Below, piece by piece: positions 12,306-26,765 of a stretch of 64,000 nt of DNA (its first letter is position 1; the number at the start of each line of letters is the position of its first letter). The DNA is from Octopus bimaculoides (lineage: Eukaryota): contig NC_068997.1 in NCBI RefSeq assembly GCF_001194135.2, forward strand, positions 4,740,927 to 4,804,926. Direction: 5' to 3'. Position numbers and translations under genes: made by a program. Under the pieces are notes generated by a model. It worked only from the letters and a program-made list of their open reading frames with translations. It ran no database searches and had not been told where the DNA came from.

Positions 12306-13659
12306 NNNNNNNNNNNNNNNNNNNNNNNNNNNNNNNNNNNNNNNNNNNNNNNNNNNNNNNNNNNNNNNNNNNNNNNNNNNNNNNNNNNNNNNNNNNNNNN
12401 NNNNNNNNNNNNNNNNNNNNNNNNNNNNNNNNNNNNNNNNNNNNNNNNNNNNNNNNNNNNNNNNNNNNNNNNNNNNNNNNNNNNNNNNNNNNNNNNNNNN
12501 NNNNNNNNNNNNNNNNNNNNNNNNNNNNNNNNNNNNNNNNNNNNNNNNNNNNNNNNNNNNNNNNNNNNNNNNNNNNNNNNNNNNNNNNNNNTATATATAT
12601 ATATATATCATAATTTTTAACATCCACTTTACTATCCTTGCATGGGTTGTAGGAAATTTTGTTGTGGCAGATTTTCTATGGCCCAGTCATGTCTTCACAG
12701 AAGGTTTGAAATGAAGGACACTGCTTGCTGAATGGTAATTCTCACAACTATCACACAATGTCAATGCTTGAGGACAATAACACACACACACACATACATA
12801 CAAATCTTTAACTTGTTTCAACTGTAAAGCTGCGGTCATGCTGGGGCACCACTGTTGGCTGTGCTACACCATTATTTGAGACCTCCTCTGATATGTGGCA
12901 TTTGGTGAATGAGGGAGTTTGATGCTGCTGCCCTCATCCATGTTTCTTGCAGCGAGGTAGACCCATCTGGAACCCTTAACAAGAGGAGATCCACTTTTGT
13001 TTTGAAGACACCTACATAGGTATCATTGTTGTCATCATTATTATCATCGTCATTTAACGTCAGTGTTCCATAATAGCATGGGTTGGATGGTTTGACAAGC
13101 TGGCAAGGCAAGGAACTGTGTCGAGCTCCAGTTGCCTGCTTTGGTATGGTTTCTACGGTCAGATGCCCTTTCTAATACCAACCACTTTACAGAGTGTACT
13201 GGTTGCTTTTTACGAGGCCCCAGCACCAGCAAGGTTACCAAGTAACTTGCAGGACAAGACTCCTCCACTGAAGTGAGGTGTAGTATTGAGGGAGATGGCT
13301 TCATGCCAACTGCTTGTCGTTGAAGAGATACATAGTTACCCCAGTCAGAGAAAAGAGAGTGAAGGAGAGAGAGAGAGAGAGAGAAAAGATGCTGGTGAGG
13401 ATGTGTTGGGACAAACTCTCAAGTTAAAAGGAGAGGAATGTAAATATGTGAAGAGGTAGAGAAAATTGGAGAGGGTGAGCGGGCAAATGAGTTTGCAAGA
13501 TTGAAAGGAGAGTGAGAGACAGGAGAGGAGAATGCAATGAGTGGTGAATACAGGTGGAGGGAGGGGTTACATTACGAAGATGAGTTGTGGGGAAGAGATT
13601 TGTCAAGATCGATTGGGTGCAGTGGTGTAGGCATAAATGACAAGCCTCTGGGGCTTCTT

Positions 13660-13960
13660 TTTTGGATAGGTTTTCTCAAGCACAGATAATCACTGTTCAT
13701 CTTGGTCCTTTGTCATCTCCTGTGTGAGGCTCAAAATCTGGAAGTCACTTTTCACCAGTTCATCCCACATCTTGTTGGGTCTCTCTCTTCCAGAGATTAC
13801 ATCCACATTAAGAAATTGGCGTTCCTTTATGCAGCTGACTTCATCTATATGCATCGCATGACCATTACAGTACAGTTGTCTCTTTTGCACGCTACATCTG
13901 AAGCCTCTTATACTCAGTTTTTCTCTTGTCACATTTACACTTTGCCGTACATGTATACTG
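13660..13960 (-). mobile_element. RTE-clade LINE 3' end fragment
   Basis: Minus ORF KLSIRGFRCSVQKRQLYCNGHAMHIDEVSCIK...GRERPNKMWDELVKSDFQILSLTQEMTKD matches the RTE ORF2 C-terminal pattern RRLRWYGHVMRM...GRGRPRKTW. Confidence 0.75.
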
Positions 13961-15419
13961 ATGTTGCACATCCAGCAGAGCATGCTAGCTTAATTTCTTT
14001 CAAGTCTTTGCATGTCCGCTGTACTCACAGTACTCACATTAAATACACGTGTGTGTGTGTGTGTGCATGTACACATTTGTATACATACACATTCACATAT
14101 ATGTACACACACACACACACACACACACACATGCATAAACTACCTTTCTTTAAATAACATTCCACAATAAAACAATACAAAACAACATGTTGAAGGATTA
14201 GTCTCAACAATTGTTCAGTTATTACTTCATGCTGCTGACTTCCTAATCTTCTCTGGATTATCCAGATTACTGTTATTTATTAGCAATTATAAAAGATTAT
14301 ATTCCTGTCCGTCTTCACCCTCAGACTAATGGCTCCATTACAAAGATTTAGATTAAACAGAAATAGTTTCTCTCTGAAATAATGTCTGACTTCTGAATGT
14401 CTATAAATCTACAGGAATTTTTGTAGTTTTGTCTTTTAATCTAATTTAATCTATTTTCTTGTATTCTGCCTCATCAGAATCGTCTTTAATGTCATCAGCA
14501 GCAACATTATCATCACATCGCTACTGTTCTTTCCACTACCATCACCACTATCACCATCACCACTATCATCATCATCATCATCATCACATTCCTGCTATTA
14601 CAATCACCATCCCACCCACCACACCACCAAACCATCATCATCATCATCATCATCATCATATCCACTATTATTATCTCCCTACATCATTGTCATAGCCATC
14701 GTCTTTTCACTAGTTTCACTTTCATCTCCAAATTCAGCTCAACCCTGTTCATGTGTAAACAGCACCCTCCACACACATACACATATGCACTTCAAGTGTA
14801 TATGTGTATGACTATGGTTGATTTACTTCAACCATAGTCATATGTCCCCATCAATTAAAGGCAAATCTTCCTCCAGAATCAACCCTTCATTTGAATTAAA
14901 GATCCACTAAAGACCCAACAGAAATACCTCCTACTCACATAGTGACTCTGTCACTTTTTCTAACTTCTGCTCAACATTCCTTAACATTATATATCCAAGA
15001 AGTACCATATTTTGCAGCATACAAGTTGACATAGTGTATAGTGTAAACATGAAGTGGAAACATTCAAGTATCATTATTTTTCTAAATCAAAGTTGCCGTA
15101 GTGTATATATAAGTCAACCTACCTTTTCCGACTGTAAATTTTGGTCTGAAAAATTCAACTTGAATGCCAGAAAATATAGATTTTTATTTTGTGATCATCA
15201 CTGAGCCTATAAAAATAGCAAATCTTTTAGAAAAGATTTGCTATTTCTCAAATTTTTTGAAAAGAAGGTCAGTGTAGTCCTAGATATACAAAACATAAGA
15301 TTATAATGGTGGGGATAGCTTCGGTCATTTGTTCGCTCGGTCATGAATGACTCAGGCTTAAACAACAACAGACACTTTCACAGCATTCATGTCCAGCTGG
15401 TTTTAACCAGACTAACAGA

Positions 15420-15870
15420 TACTTGTTATATACACTGTCCTTATTATATACTGACCTTATTATATACACTGTCCTTGTTTCACTATGTATCATAGTCCTT
15501 AATATATACTCTACTCATTTCATTACTATATACCCACATATATCTTATATATACCCACATATATATACCCACATATATATACCCACATATATCTTATATA
15601 CACCACATATAGTCTCCTATATAAACACTGTCCTTGTTTCATTACTGTATATCATCATACATCTTATATTTGCCATATACAGTCCTCTATATACCCTGTC
15701 CATGTTTCACTGTTATACTGTCTCTCTTATATATATTACATTTAGTCCTCTATATACACTATCCATGTTCCACTGCTATATATTATCATACATCTTATAT
15801 AGGCCACATTATTCTCTATATACACTGTTCATATTTCCATGACTACACAGTTTCATATTTCTTACTATAG
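15420..15870. repeat. Degenerate AT-rich minisatellite (TATACACTGTCC-type units)
   Basis: Recurrent TATACACTGTCC / CATACATCTTATAT / GTCCTCTATATAC blocks. Confidence 0.7.
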
Positions 15871-15871
15871 A

Positions 15872-15902
<31 letters not shown>

Positions 15903-16699
15903 TTGTTTGTGATAGTGGTGGTGGTGGTGGTGATGCTGCTGCTGTCCATCAAGAACTGACAATGTGTCATTCTTTCATTGCCTGTGATTCAAAACAACAG
16001 TGTTGTCAATGAAATATTAACCTAATCAACAACCCATGTTATCAATTAACAAATAATTAGTTAACAAAGATTAAGATATACACTGATTCACATCATAATA
16101 TTTTTTGTCATTAACTTGTTACACAACATTCACATTATGGTAACGATGAAGATGATGATAATGATGATGATGCCTATTAAATTTCCTAACATTTGGCCTT
16201 CAAAACAGAATCTCACTTGGAATTTCTTAATTCTGATATCTTTCCCTTCTCTTTCATCATCATCATCATCATCATGATCATTATTTTAATGTCCACTTTT
16301 CTGTGCTGGAATGGGTTAGAACGATTTTTGAGACAGTGTTTTACTGCCAAATGTCCTCCGTTTCAGTTACAACTTGCAAAATACAGAGAAGACTACACCT
16401 TTTTTGTCTGTTTCATTTTGTATGGCGTCTACTGCTGGATACCCTTCCTAACATCAATCACTTTACTGAGTAACCTGGGTGTATTTCATTATAGTTCCAA
16501 TACTAGAGAAATTGCCATGACTTCAAGATAAAACTAAGGGATACTCTGAACCTTACAATGTCTCCATTTATTTATCTGCTACTTTACAGAGTACCCTGGG
16601 TACATTTTACCATGTCACCAGCATTGTGTGGTTGCTTTGTACCCTACAAAATAGAAGAGGATCCTCACTCCCTATATTGATTCTGTTTGTACTGGATAA

Positions 16700-17480
16700 C
16701 ATGGCCAATAAAGTGAGAAGAGGAGAGGGTGATTGTAGAAGATGAACTACGGGGAGAGGGAACAAGAAAAGAGAGCATGGTAGGTGGGGTGGGAATAGTG
16801 GTTAAGAAGAGGAAGGAGAAATTGGAGAGACCGTGCTAACGAAGTAATGAAGAAAAGCAGTAAACTGCAAGGTGTAACAAGGTGACAATGTTTTGGAGTA
16901 ATGGGAGAGAGATGCTGATGGTGGATATATCTTTGCTGGTAAAGAAGAATGAAGGAGAGAGAGGGAGAGAGAGAGAGAGAGAGAGAGATGGATCATTGTA
17001 GAAATGGTCAGTGGTAAAAGAGTGTGATGGATGAGAATAAGTACCCTGGGGAAGAGAGGGAGAGTGGCAGTATACAAGGAGATGGTTAGGGTTAGGGTTA
17101 GATAGTAAAGGAAACCAGAATTGAAGGATAGTTAAGATGGTGATTGAAAGTGTATAATGGTTGTCAATAAAAGAGCAACCAGAAGGAAAGGGAGTGATGG
17201 TGGGTACCAGGGAGGGAAATGGGAGGAATACATCATATAAGATCAGACTCACTGCCATCCTTTAACTTAAACAAAGTGATTCAGAGAGATACAGAAGGAA
17301 GCGGTAAAAAGATACGGGTAGTGGAGATAGAGGGAAGGCAATTGAGGATGAATAAACCTAATGCTTCCCTCTTATTTCGTGGCTGACACAGTACAGTGAA
17401 TAGGAGTAGAGATGATAGAGAGATGAGCTGGTATCAAATTGATCAGAAAGGGAGCAGATGTGACTTAGCAGATCCAAATT
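16700..17480. repeat. Purine-rich low-complexity tract, possibly an old Penelope 3' region
   Basis: GA-rich composition resembles the tail of the Penelope element at 22520-22800; no clear protein motif. Confidence 0.35.
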
Positions 17481-17511
17481 AGTAATGGCCCTGATGTTTA
17501 CACACACACAC

Positions 17512-17542
<31 letters not shown>

Positions 17543-18107
17543 GTGATGAGGATTGGCTTGCAAGCGTCGTGTGCTGGTGCCACATAAAAAGCACTTATGC
17601 CAGTACCATGTTAAAAGCACCCAGCACACACTGTAAAGTGGTTGGCATTAGGAAGGGTACCCAGATATAGAACCCATGCCAAATCAGACTGGAACCTGGT
17701 GCAGCTCTCTGACTTGCCAGCTCTGGTAAAATTGTCCAACCCATGCCAGCATGGAAAACAGACATTAAAGGTGGAAGAGGATGTTGTTGTAGTAGTTGTA
17801 GTAGTAGTAGTATATAGGGATTCAAAGAATCAATCAGTTCTCACATTAAGCTCTCTGCAAAGTGCATGGCTAACAAGACCAACTATGGTTGAGGTTAGGA
17901 TATGCCTTCATGTCGTTCTGGAAATTCAGGAGATACAATGATGGATAGAACAGATGAGAGAAGTGAGGTAAGAGAATAGATGTTGATTCCATTCGTTTGC
18001 AGCTGTTTCATAATCTTGTTAGTTATATAATAGCTATTACATCACCATTCTCAAAATGTAAAGTATACATATGAATATATATATGCATGTGTAGACTCAT
18101 ATGTTTT

Positions 18108-18160
<53 letters not shown>

Positions 18161-19158
18161 NNNNNNNNNNNNNNNNNNNNNNNNNNNNNNNNNNNNNNNN
18201 NNNNNNNNNNNNNNNNNNNNNNNNNNNNNNNNNNNNNNNNNNNNNNNNNNNNNNNNNNNNNNNNNNNNNNNNNNNNNNNNNNNNNNNNNNNNNNNNNNNN
18301 NNNNNNNNNNNNNNNNNNNNNNNNNNNNNNNNNNNNNNNNNNNNNNNNNNNNNNNNNNNNNNNNNNNNNNNNNNNNNNNNNNNNNNNNNNNNNNNNNNNN
18401 NNNNNNNNNNNNNNNNNNNNNNNNNNNNNNNNNNNNNNNNNNNNNNNNNNNNNNNNNNNNNNNNNNNNNNNNNNNNNNNNNNNNNNNNNNNNNNNNNNNN
18501 NNNNNNNNNNNNNNNNNNNNNNNNNNNNNNNNNNNNNNNNNNNNNNNNNNNNNNNNNNNNNNNNNNNNNNNNNNNNNNNNNNNNNNNNNNNNNNNNNNNN
18601 NNNNNNNNNNNNNNNNNNNNNNNNNNNNNNNNNNNNNNNNNNNNNNNNNNNNNNNNNNNNNNNNNNNNNNNNNNNNNNNNNNNNNNNNNNNNNNNNNNNN
18701 NNNNNNNNNNNNNNNNNNNNNNNNNNNNNNNNNNNNNNNNNNNNNNNNNNNNNNNNNNNNNNNNNNNNNNNNNNNNNNNNNNNNNNNNNNNNNNNNNNNN
18801 NNNNNNNNNNNNNNNNNNNNNNNNNNNNNNNNNNNNNNNNNNNNNNNNNNNNNNNNNNNNNNNNNNNNNNNTTTTAAGTGTATAATACAAAAAAATTAAT
18901 TTTTTTTAAATTTTTTTTCACAAAAAGCTTTCCCTCGTCATCTGCAAGGATGTGATAAAAAAAAAAGTTTCAAAAACCCCCGTCAAAATACGTAGTCGGT
19001 ATGTTATTCCAAAAGGCTGCCAAAGCATTCTATTGTGAGAAATTACCTCACAACAACAGGCCACTCAGCTAGTATGTATGTATGTATCATCATCATCATT
19101 ATCATTTAACATCTGCTTTCTGCAGTGGCATCATTGGACGGTATAGATATTTGTATGA

Positions 19159-19189
<31 letters not shown>

Positions 19190-20534
19190 CATCTGTATAC
19201 GTACATAGATATCCCCATGTATACATGTGTGTGTATATATGTGTGTGTGTGTGTGTGTATGCGTGTGTATACAGTTACACTTGCAAACACACACAAACAT
19301 ATATGTACTTTTATATATATATATATACATATGGACACTGTGCATGTGTGTGTGTGTGTGAGAGTATGAAACTAACTATTTACGACTGTTTAGAATAAAA
19401 CCAGATAAATCTAGTCTCTATAACAACAATGTTATTTGTTAAACTTGATTATACGTGTCTTTGCTAAAAGGTTACCTCACCTCCATTCAACCACACACAC
19501 AGAAAATCCTGTTTTCTCCAGCCTTCCATTATTAATAATACATCAACACATCTAACACCATTATTACCAGTTTGAAAGTGAAAACTTTAAAACCTCAGAC
19601 AACACTATNNNNNNNNNNNNNNNNNNNNNNNNNNNNNNNNNNNNNNNNNNNNNNNNNNNNNNNNNNNNNNNNNNNNNNNNNNNNNNNNNNNNNNNNNNNN
19701 NNNNNNNNNNNNNNNNNNNNNNNNNNNNNNNNNNNNNNNNNNNNNNNNNNNNNNNNNNNNNNNNNNNNNNNNNNNNNATAGATAGATAGATAGACATATA
19801 TATATATATATATATACACGCACACACACACACACACTCTCACACACACACAAACACACACACACATACACATGTATATAATGTGGGGAACAGCTTTTTT
19901 ATTAAATGTTATTTTGTAAGCACAACTTGTGTTCTAGTTTTATCTCCTTTATAAAGATATTCTTGAATGGATAGCTTGTAGCTTATTTGTAGTAGTAAAA
20001 TTCCCAAATCCATCATGAATGTTTTTTTAACCGTTCATGGTCTCATCTGAATGAAGTGATGTTGGTGTGTACCACCACTTCTTTATAGTAGTTAAGGCCA
20101 ATATGATCAGTGTAGACATTGCCAACAGAATTTGAAAGTTGTGGCTGTTAGATCAATGTCATCAGTCAGGTGTTTACTTTCGTTGTGATTAGTTTATAAT
20201 TGTCTCTATGTGTATTTTAACATTGTGCTATTTTATTAGTATTATCTCCATCATTAATCATTTCTTCTTTTTTTTTGTGAGGGATTCTGTAGACTATAGA
20301 TATATTGTCCATTAATGTTTTCCTACCTGGTACTCTGTTTTGTTGTGAGGTGTAATACAAAGCAATTGCTCCTGGTTTTAAGTGCATAGTGAGTCAGCAC
20401 AAAACAGTCAATCCAAGGAACCAGAAACCTATTCCAAATGTAATTTAGAAATTTAATTTAATTACAAAAGTGAAAGTCATAAACTTCACAATTCTAAATT
20501 TTATATTAACTACAGGTATGACACTCCTGCTGAT

Positions 20535-20645
20535 AGTGGTGTATTAAACAGGGTGGGATGGATACCACCCAAGGAGTCGGTAGTTGTGTTGAACAGGGTG
20601 GGGTGTTAGACAACCATCCATGGACCCAGTGGTGGTGTCAAACAG
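20535..20645. repeat. About 48-bp degenerate tandem repeat (GGTGTnAAACAGGGTG core)
   Basis: Three units in tandem; a related unit occurs at about 47905-47960. Confidence 0.55.
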
Positions 20646-22028
20646 AATAAAATGTGTAGCTGTTTAGCCCCAGGCCAGCTGTCATCAAACAGACCTATGT
20701 GATCAATTTATGTCCTAGCCTTGACCAGGCTGTCTTTTTATATTTATTCTTTTCACTTAAAATATATGGATGACAGTCTCCAATATTTCCTTCTCTCTTT
20801 AAAACAGTAGGATGTAATTTGAAGGAGATTAGCTGCTATTTCTAACAGGTTTAAAGACTTTGTTGTCTTGCAAAAATGTAAGTGTGTGAAGGTGATGTTA
20901 TTTGAACCCTAATCACCTTGGTCTTGTTCTTATCTTATTATTTTTAAATGATTAGATTGTCATACTACTGCTCTCCACCCACTTCCTGTCCTGCCACTTA
21001 TCACCTCCTTCTTTCTTAGTACTTCTATTTTTATCACTCACTCCTCCACCCCGACTCATTTACTGACAACAACTCTTCTACCCTTGTTCATTATTCACTA
21101 CACTCACCTCTGCCTTCATCTCTAACCATCTGTCACGCTCTCCTCTCACATTCTTACAAACTTACCCACCCACTCTTCCCAACCGTCTGTCCCTCTTCTT
21201 TACTCTCTGACACCACTACCTTTATCCCTTTTTCCAGCTAATTTCATTCATCTTTATATAATGCATGGTAGCCATGTATTTCTCCACAGTAAGATACCTG
21301 TTCCTGTTTGTCTGTCATACTTTTAGCCTCACAACACCTGGCATAAAGCCATCTCTGTCTCTGCTACAGTCACTCACTCACCCCAATCCAAGAATCTTTT
21401 CATTCTCTTGCAACTTATTTGGTGACCTCACTAGTGAGGGTGCCATGAAGAAAGCACCTTTTACAGTGTAAAGTGGTTGGCATAAAGAAGCGTATCCATC
21501 TGTAGAAACCAGGCCAAAGTAGATACTGTCAAACCATCAAACCCTAGCCAGCTTGGAAGATGGACATTCGATGATGATGATGATGGTGATGATGAAAGTG
21601 AAATTATTTCACCATTATGTTAACTGATTTCTTTTATGACAATCCTTTATTAAAAACTAATTGATGTGACTATTAAAATAGCTTTTCCACATCATGTTCA
21701 TTATCTTCTTTCCCTCTTCTACAACCATACAGTCTTCTTTTTTGGCTTTCTACATATTACATACATAGTATCATGTATAATAGCTGACTTGGTAAGCACC
21801 TGAGGTACCACTCCATGCTATTCAATCATGTGTAAATTTATACAGATTCTTGCGTAATGTATGATACATAATCATTTATATGTAATGTAGTTTTAAGTGG
21901 AAGGTACTGAAACAGTTCTAACCAATTGATATTTTCATCTTCTTTCCATGCTTTACATATCTTTGCATGCATGTGTGTGTGTGTGTGTGCGTGTGCATAC
22001 TTACATACACTATGTGCACTTGTTATAT

Positions 22029-22067
<39 letters not shown>

Positions 22068-22519
22068 NNNNNNNNNNNNNNNNNNNNNNNNNNNNNNNNN
22101 NNNNNNNNNNNNNNNNNNNNNNNNNNNNNNNNNNNNNNNNNNNNNNNNNNNNNNNNNNNNNNNNNNNNNNNNNNAGTGGGTGTGGGTAAAAGGTTTTTTT
22201 TTCACCCTAAATTTATATAGCAATAAGAAAATGGAGGGGAATATGAGGTTCTCATCAACTTGCAGGCACTGTATTCCGTTGATTAATCTGTTTATTTTAT
22301 AACCAAAATGACAAAAAACACAATATACAGACACTTATGACATACCATGTCATATCAACAATTAAGATTTCAAATTTAATGGACATCTAGCAATTGGAGA
22401 AGGGATAAAATCTGGTTGGGGAAGAAAAGGTTTGACAAGAGAGGTAGAAAGAAGAGGAGATAGTAAAGTATTGGTGATCCCAAAACGAAGGTGCGCATGC
22501 GTGTGTGTGGATAGGGGCT

Positions 22520-24614
22520 AGTGACTTTGACATGTGGATATGTGTGTGTGTGCGTCTGTAATGTGTGGGTGTAATAGGTGTGCAGATGATGGTATGTGGT
22601 GTGGGTACTGCGAAGTGGTCAGTGCTAGTGTGTGTAGAGTAGTGTAGGGTGGTGTGATGTAGTGTGGTGGTACGAGGTGGGGCGTGGGTGGAGTGGTGTC
22701 AATGAAGAGAGAAGGTGGGTAGGAGTGAAGAGAGGAAGTGTCAGAGGAAGAGAGGGGAGGAGAGGAGAGTAGGAGTGAAGAGAGGAAGTAGGTGCCAGAT
22801 GTAGAGAGGAGAGGATGGGAGTTAAGCTCATGTGGTGCAAAGGAGCAAGGAGAGAAGATTAAATCCTGTTCACAGCAAAGGTGGGAGCCCTGATGGCTCC
22901 TGTGCAAAGATAATCCGAACACAGACAGGTGTTGTAGTGAATGACTGGTAGAGCGGAAATGGCACAAGATTAAGGCGTCGTTGCCAAGTCTGATGTCTCG
23001 GAGGTGCTCCGCGAACCGGTCAGCCAAGCAGCATCCCATTTGACCGATGTACAGAGAAGGGCAGAAAGAGAAGGAGATGCAGTAAATGATGTTGCTAGAA
23101 GTGCAGGTAAAGGAGTCAGTGATATGATAGAGATGATGATGGTTGCCTGTGAGGATGGTGGTATTGGAGAGGTAGGGGCAAATGTGACAGTGTGGGCGGG
23201 AGCAGGAGAATGAGCCAGGTTGGGAGATGGTGTTAGGGAAGAATCTGTGGACCAGGTGATCACACAGGTTGTGAACTAGTTTGAAAGAGGGAAGGGGTAG
23301 GTTGAGGAAGATGTGCGAGGTGGAGGTGTCGGACTGGAGTCACCGGAAGGCTCGGAGAATGGTGCGTTGGAGGGGTGGTAGGTGAAGGGAGGCAGGAAGA
23401 GAGAGCAGAGGCATGGTCCACGGAACATGCTCTGGTTAGGGCTGTGTGGATAGTGGTGAGGAGATATCCACGAAGGATGAAGGGGCGAGCCATGAGTTGA
23501 GACTCAGTCTCAAAGTCATGGTTGTCGCTGCAGAGCCTGTGCAGATGGAGGAATTGAGAGTAGGGGATGGAGAGCTTTGTGTGGGTAGGGTGGGAGGAGG
23601 AGAAGTTGAGGTATGAGTGTGAGTCGGTGTGTTTGTGTGGATGGAGGTAGTGAGAGCGGAATGGTGCATGTTGACTGAAATGTTGAGAAATGCGATGGAA
23701 GTGTTGGAAATAGTGCAGGAGAATTCGAAGGCAGGATGGAAGGATTGGACAAAAGAAAGGAAGGAGTCTAGTTGTTCACAAGAGAGTGATGTCACACTGA
23801 TACAGTCATCAATATGATAACCGTATAGTTCAGGAGTGGGATCAGCGAATCGTAAGAATATTTGGACCCCAACGAACAGGTTCGCATAGTTGGGGTTCAT
23901 TCTTGTTCCCATGGCCACTCACGAGACTTGTTAGTAAAAATTCCCCGCAAGCAACAAGCAGTTGAGGAAGAGAACAAGTTCAGCCAGACAAAGAAGTGTA
24001 GAGGTGTCAAGTTGGGGTCTGGGTTGAAGGTCTAGGAAGTGTTTGAGTGCAAGAAGTCCTTCGTTGTGTGGGATCACCGTATATAGACTCTTGATATCAA
24101 GAGTGAAAAGAAATTTAGAGGGGCCAGGAGGGAAGGAGAAGAGATGGAGAGCATGGTTAGTGTTGCGGATGTGGGAGGGGGGGAAGCCAATAGGGGCAAT
24201 GACACGGTCAAGGTATTTTGAGATCAATTCCGTTGGGCAGTTACAGGCGGAGACGATGGGGCGGCCAGGGTTGTTGGATTTGTGGATTTTGGAAAGGAAG
24301 TAAATGATGGGGGGNNNNNNNNNNGCAGTTACAGGCGGAGACGATGGGGCGGCCAGGGTTGTTGGATTTGTGGATTTTGGAAAGGAAGTAAATGATGGGG
24401 GGGGGGGAGTGCGGACAATGAGGTGGGAGGGAGACCAGAGGAGGAGATGAGGTCATGGATAGTGGAGGACACAGTCTGTTGGTAGTTAGGTGTGGGGTTG
24501 AAGGGCAGAAGGCAATAGAAGAAGGTGTCTTGAAGTTGGTGGAGAGCTTCAGCCTTGTAGAGGTCTGCGCGTCACACTACCACGCCTCCACCCTTATCAG
24601 CTGGTTTTATGTTG
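22520..24614 (-). mobile_element. Penelope-like element (Neptune-type), 5'-truncated and decayed RT + GIY-YIG endonuclease
   Basis: Minus-strand motifs in order: NIKPADKGGGVVV, SKIHKSNNPGRPIVSAC, LFTLDIKSLYTVIPH, AMGTRMNPNYANLF, HIDDC (RT), NLCDHLVH, Cys linker PGSFSCSRPHCHICPY, IIYCISFSFCPSLYIGQ (GIY-YIG), DRFAEHLRDIR...EQDLIF...PHELN. Stops and frameshifts are present. Confidence 0.92.
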
Positions 24615-24615
24615 T

Positions 24616-24850
24616 CTGATTTGGCAGAGTTTCTACAGCTGGATGTCCTTCCTAACGCTAACCACTCCGAGAGTGTAGTGGGTGCTTTTACGTGCCACCG
24701 GCACGAAGGCCAGTCAGGCGGTACTGGCAACGGCCACGCTCAAAATGGTGTATTTTACGTGCCACCTGCACGGGAGCCACTCCAGTGGTACTGGCAATGA
24801 ACTCGCTCGAATGTCTTTTCACGTGCCACTGGCACAAGTGCTAGGAAGGC
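24616..24850 (-). mobile_element. SINE-like family A copy abutting the 5' truncation of the Penelope element
   Basis: Reverse complement of the family A body (cf. 3003-3235, 40292-40628). Confidence 0.85.
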
Positions 24851-26565
24851 GACACATATACATATATATAAACAGACACACTTAAAAAGGAAGGAAGCGG
24901 GCTGTGACAAAGTATAGAAAACCGCATTCACAACAGACTGTACTACTCAGACATTATAAATGTATAGAGATGCACACACAGACAGTTGAAGCATTGTTTG
25001 GGTTTTTTTCTCACCTTTTTGTGCCCTTTTTATATATAAAATACTACAATTAGCCATCATTTTTGACAGCACGGGCTCAGCTAGTAATAGTAATGATAAT
25101 AATGATAATAATAATATTAATTTTTATTTTTATTGAAAGAAATCATGCTCCAAAATACTGCGTTGGTTTATATACATATTTTAAATGAATCCTTTTAATT
25201 TTTTTTTTTTTTTTAAAGAATACCTTTTCCTATCAATGATTGTCTGTTATTGCAGTATTTGAGGTTATACAATAATATTCTTAGTNNNNNNNNNNNNNNN
25301 NNNNNNNNNNNNNNNNNNNNNNNNNNNNNNNNNNNNNNNNNNNNNNNNNNNNNNNNNNNNNNNNNNNNNNNNNNNNNNNNNNNNNNNNNNNNNNNNNNNN
25401 NNNNNNNNNNNNNNNNNNNNNNNNNNNNNNNNNNNNNNNNNNNNNNNNNNNNNNNNNNNNNNNNNNNNNNNNNNNNNNNNNNNNNNNNNNNNNNNNNNNN
25501 NNNNNNNNNNNNNNNNNNNNNNNNNNNNNNNNNNNNNNNNNNNNNNNNNNNNNNNNNNNNNNNNNNNNNNNNNNNNNNNNNNNNNNNNNNNNNNNNNNNN
25601 NNNNNNNNNNNNNNNNNNNNNNNNNNNNNNNNNNNNNNNNNNNNNNNNNNNNNNNNNNNNNNNNNNNNNNNNNNNNNNNNNNNNNNNNNNNNNNNNNNNN
25701 NNNNNNNNNNNNNNATTCATATTCCCCGTAGCCGAAAAGGGGGGTTTTGTGTCGAAAAAAAGAAAAAGAAAATTAAGAAAAGGTGGGGGTTTTTGTGGGG
25801 GGGGGGGCGGAAGTCTTGCCCAGATTTCAAATGAAAAAGTCACGTAACTTTATGACCTTTTCCTTTAAAACATACATGCACTTTTACATATTAAATATGA
25901 AGTTTACGGTATCAATCTGGCGGTGCTGAGCTAAATGTGTGGGTTTACGAGTTCAAACCTAGGTCAACTTTCCATTTCATCCTTCTGAAAGACAATAAAA
26001 TAAAGTGCAAGTCATATGCTGGGTCTTAGATGTAAATGGAAAAGAAGACTGCTACCACCACCACCCTATCTCTGCGGCCCGCGTATAAATTGTAGCATTG
26101 CGCCTAACCATTGTTTGAAACACTTTTTTAAAAAGTCAAGGTGAAAAATTAGAACATTCAAATCTGCACGGCATTTCCTTACTGTAAAGTCATATATGTC
26201 AGTGGTACACTGTAATAAATCAGTCTAACACACATACATACATACATACACTCACACACACATGCACTGAGACAGACGGACAGACGGACGGACAGAGAGA
26301 CAAAAGGGATGCCTGTGTGACATAATTCAATGTTATGCGATATCTGTGTTTGTAGTATGTGTATACATACGCACATACACACATACACGCGCGCAAACAA
26401 ACACAGATGTGGATGCTTGTAAGTCTTCTGTATAAAGCGCAAAGTACAGGTTATTGAAAGGTTTGGTCGAAAACAATTCACACACAAATTTATGTAAACA
26501 CATACGTGTATGTACGTATGGGTGCACGCGTATGGAGATAGATACACACACACACACACACACAA

Positions 26566-26765
26566 CTGGCACTCCGTTGGTTACGGCGTCGAGGGTTCCA
26601 CTTGATCCGATCAACGAAACAGCCTGCTCGTGAAATTAACGTGCAAGTGGCTGAGCACCCCATAGACAAGTGTACTCTTAACGTAGTTCTCGTGGAGATT
26701 GATCGTGTCACACCCTTTGAAATACAAGCTGAGTGGACTGAAATAAAATACCCTAACCATTCACC
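26566..26765 (-). mobile_element. SINE family C copy (tRNA-headed family, internally deleted)
   Basis: Reverse-complement match to 52820-52995 (CAGTCCACTCAGCT...GTGACAC.AATCTC...TTAATTTCACnAGCAGGCTGTTnCnTTGATCGGATCAAnTGGAACCC). Confidence 0.8.

Noticed and set aside
17084-17101. GGTTAGGGTTAGGGTTAG telomere-like hexamers
   Set aside because: Only about 3 units inside a purine-rich tract; not enough for an interstitial telomere call.
24238-24405. About 78-bp direct duplication within the Penelope RT
   Set aside because: The two copies flank a 10-N gap and end in a G homopolymer: overlapping contig ends, an assembly artefact.
25715-25845. Odd homopolymer-rich segment after a gap
   Set aside because: Looks like low-quality read-end sequence; no interpretable structure.
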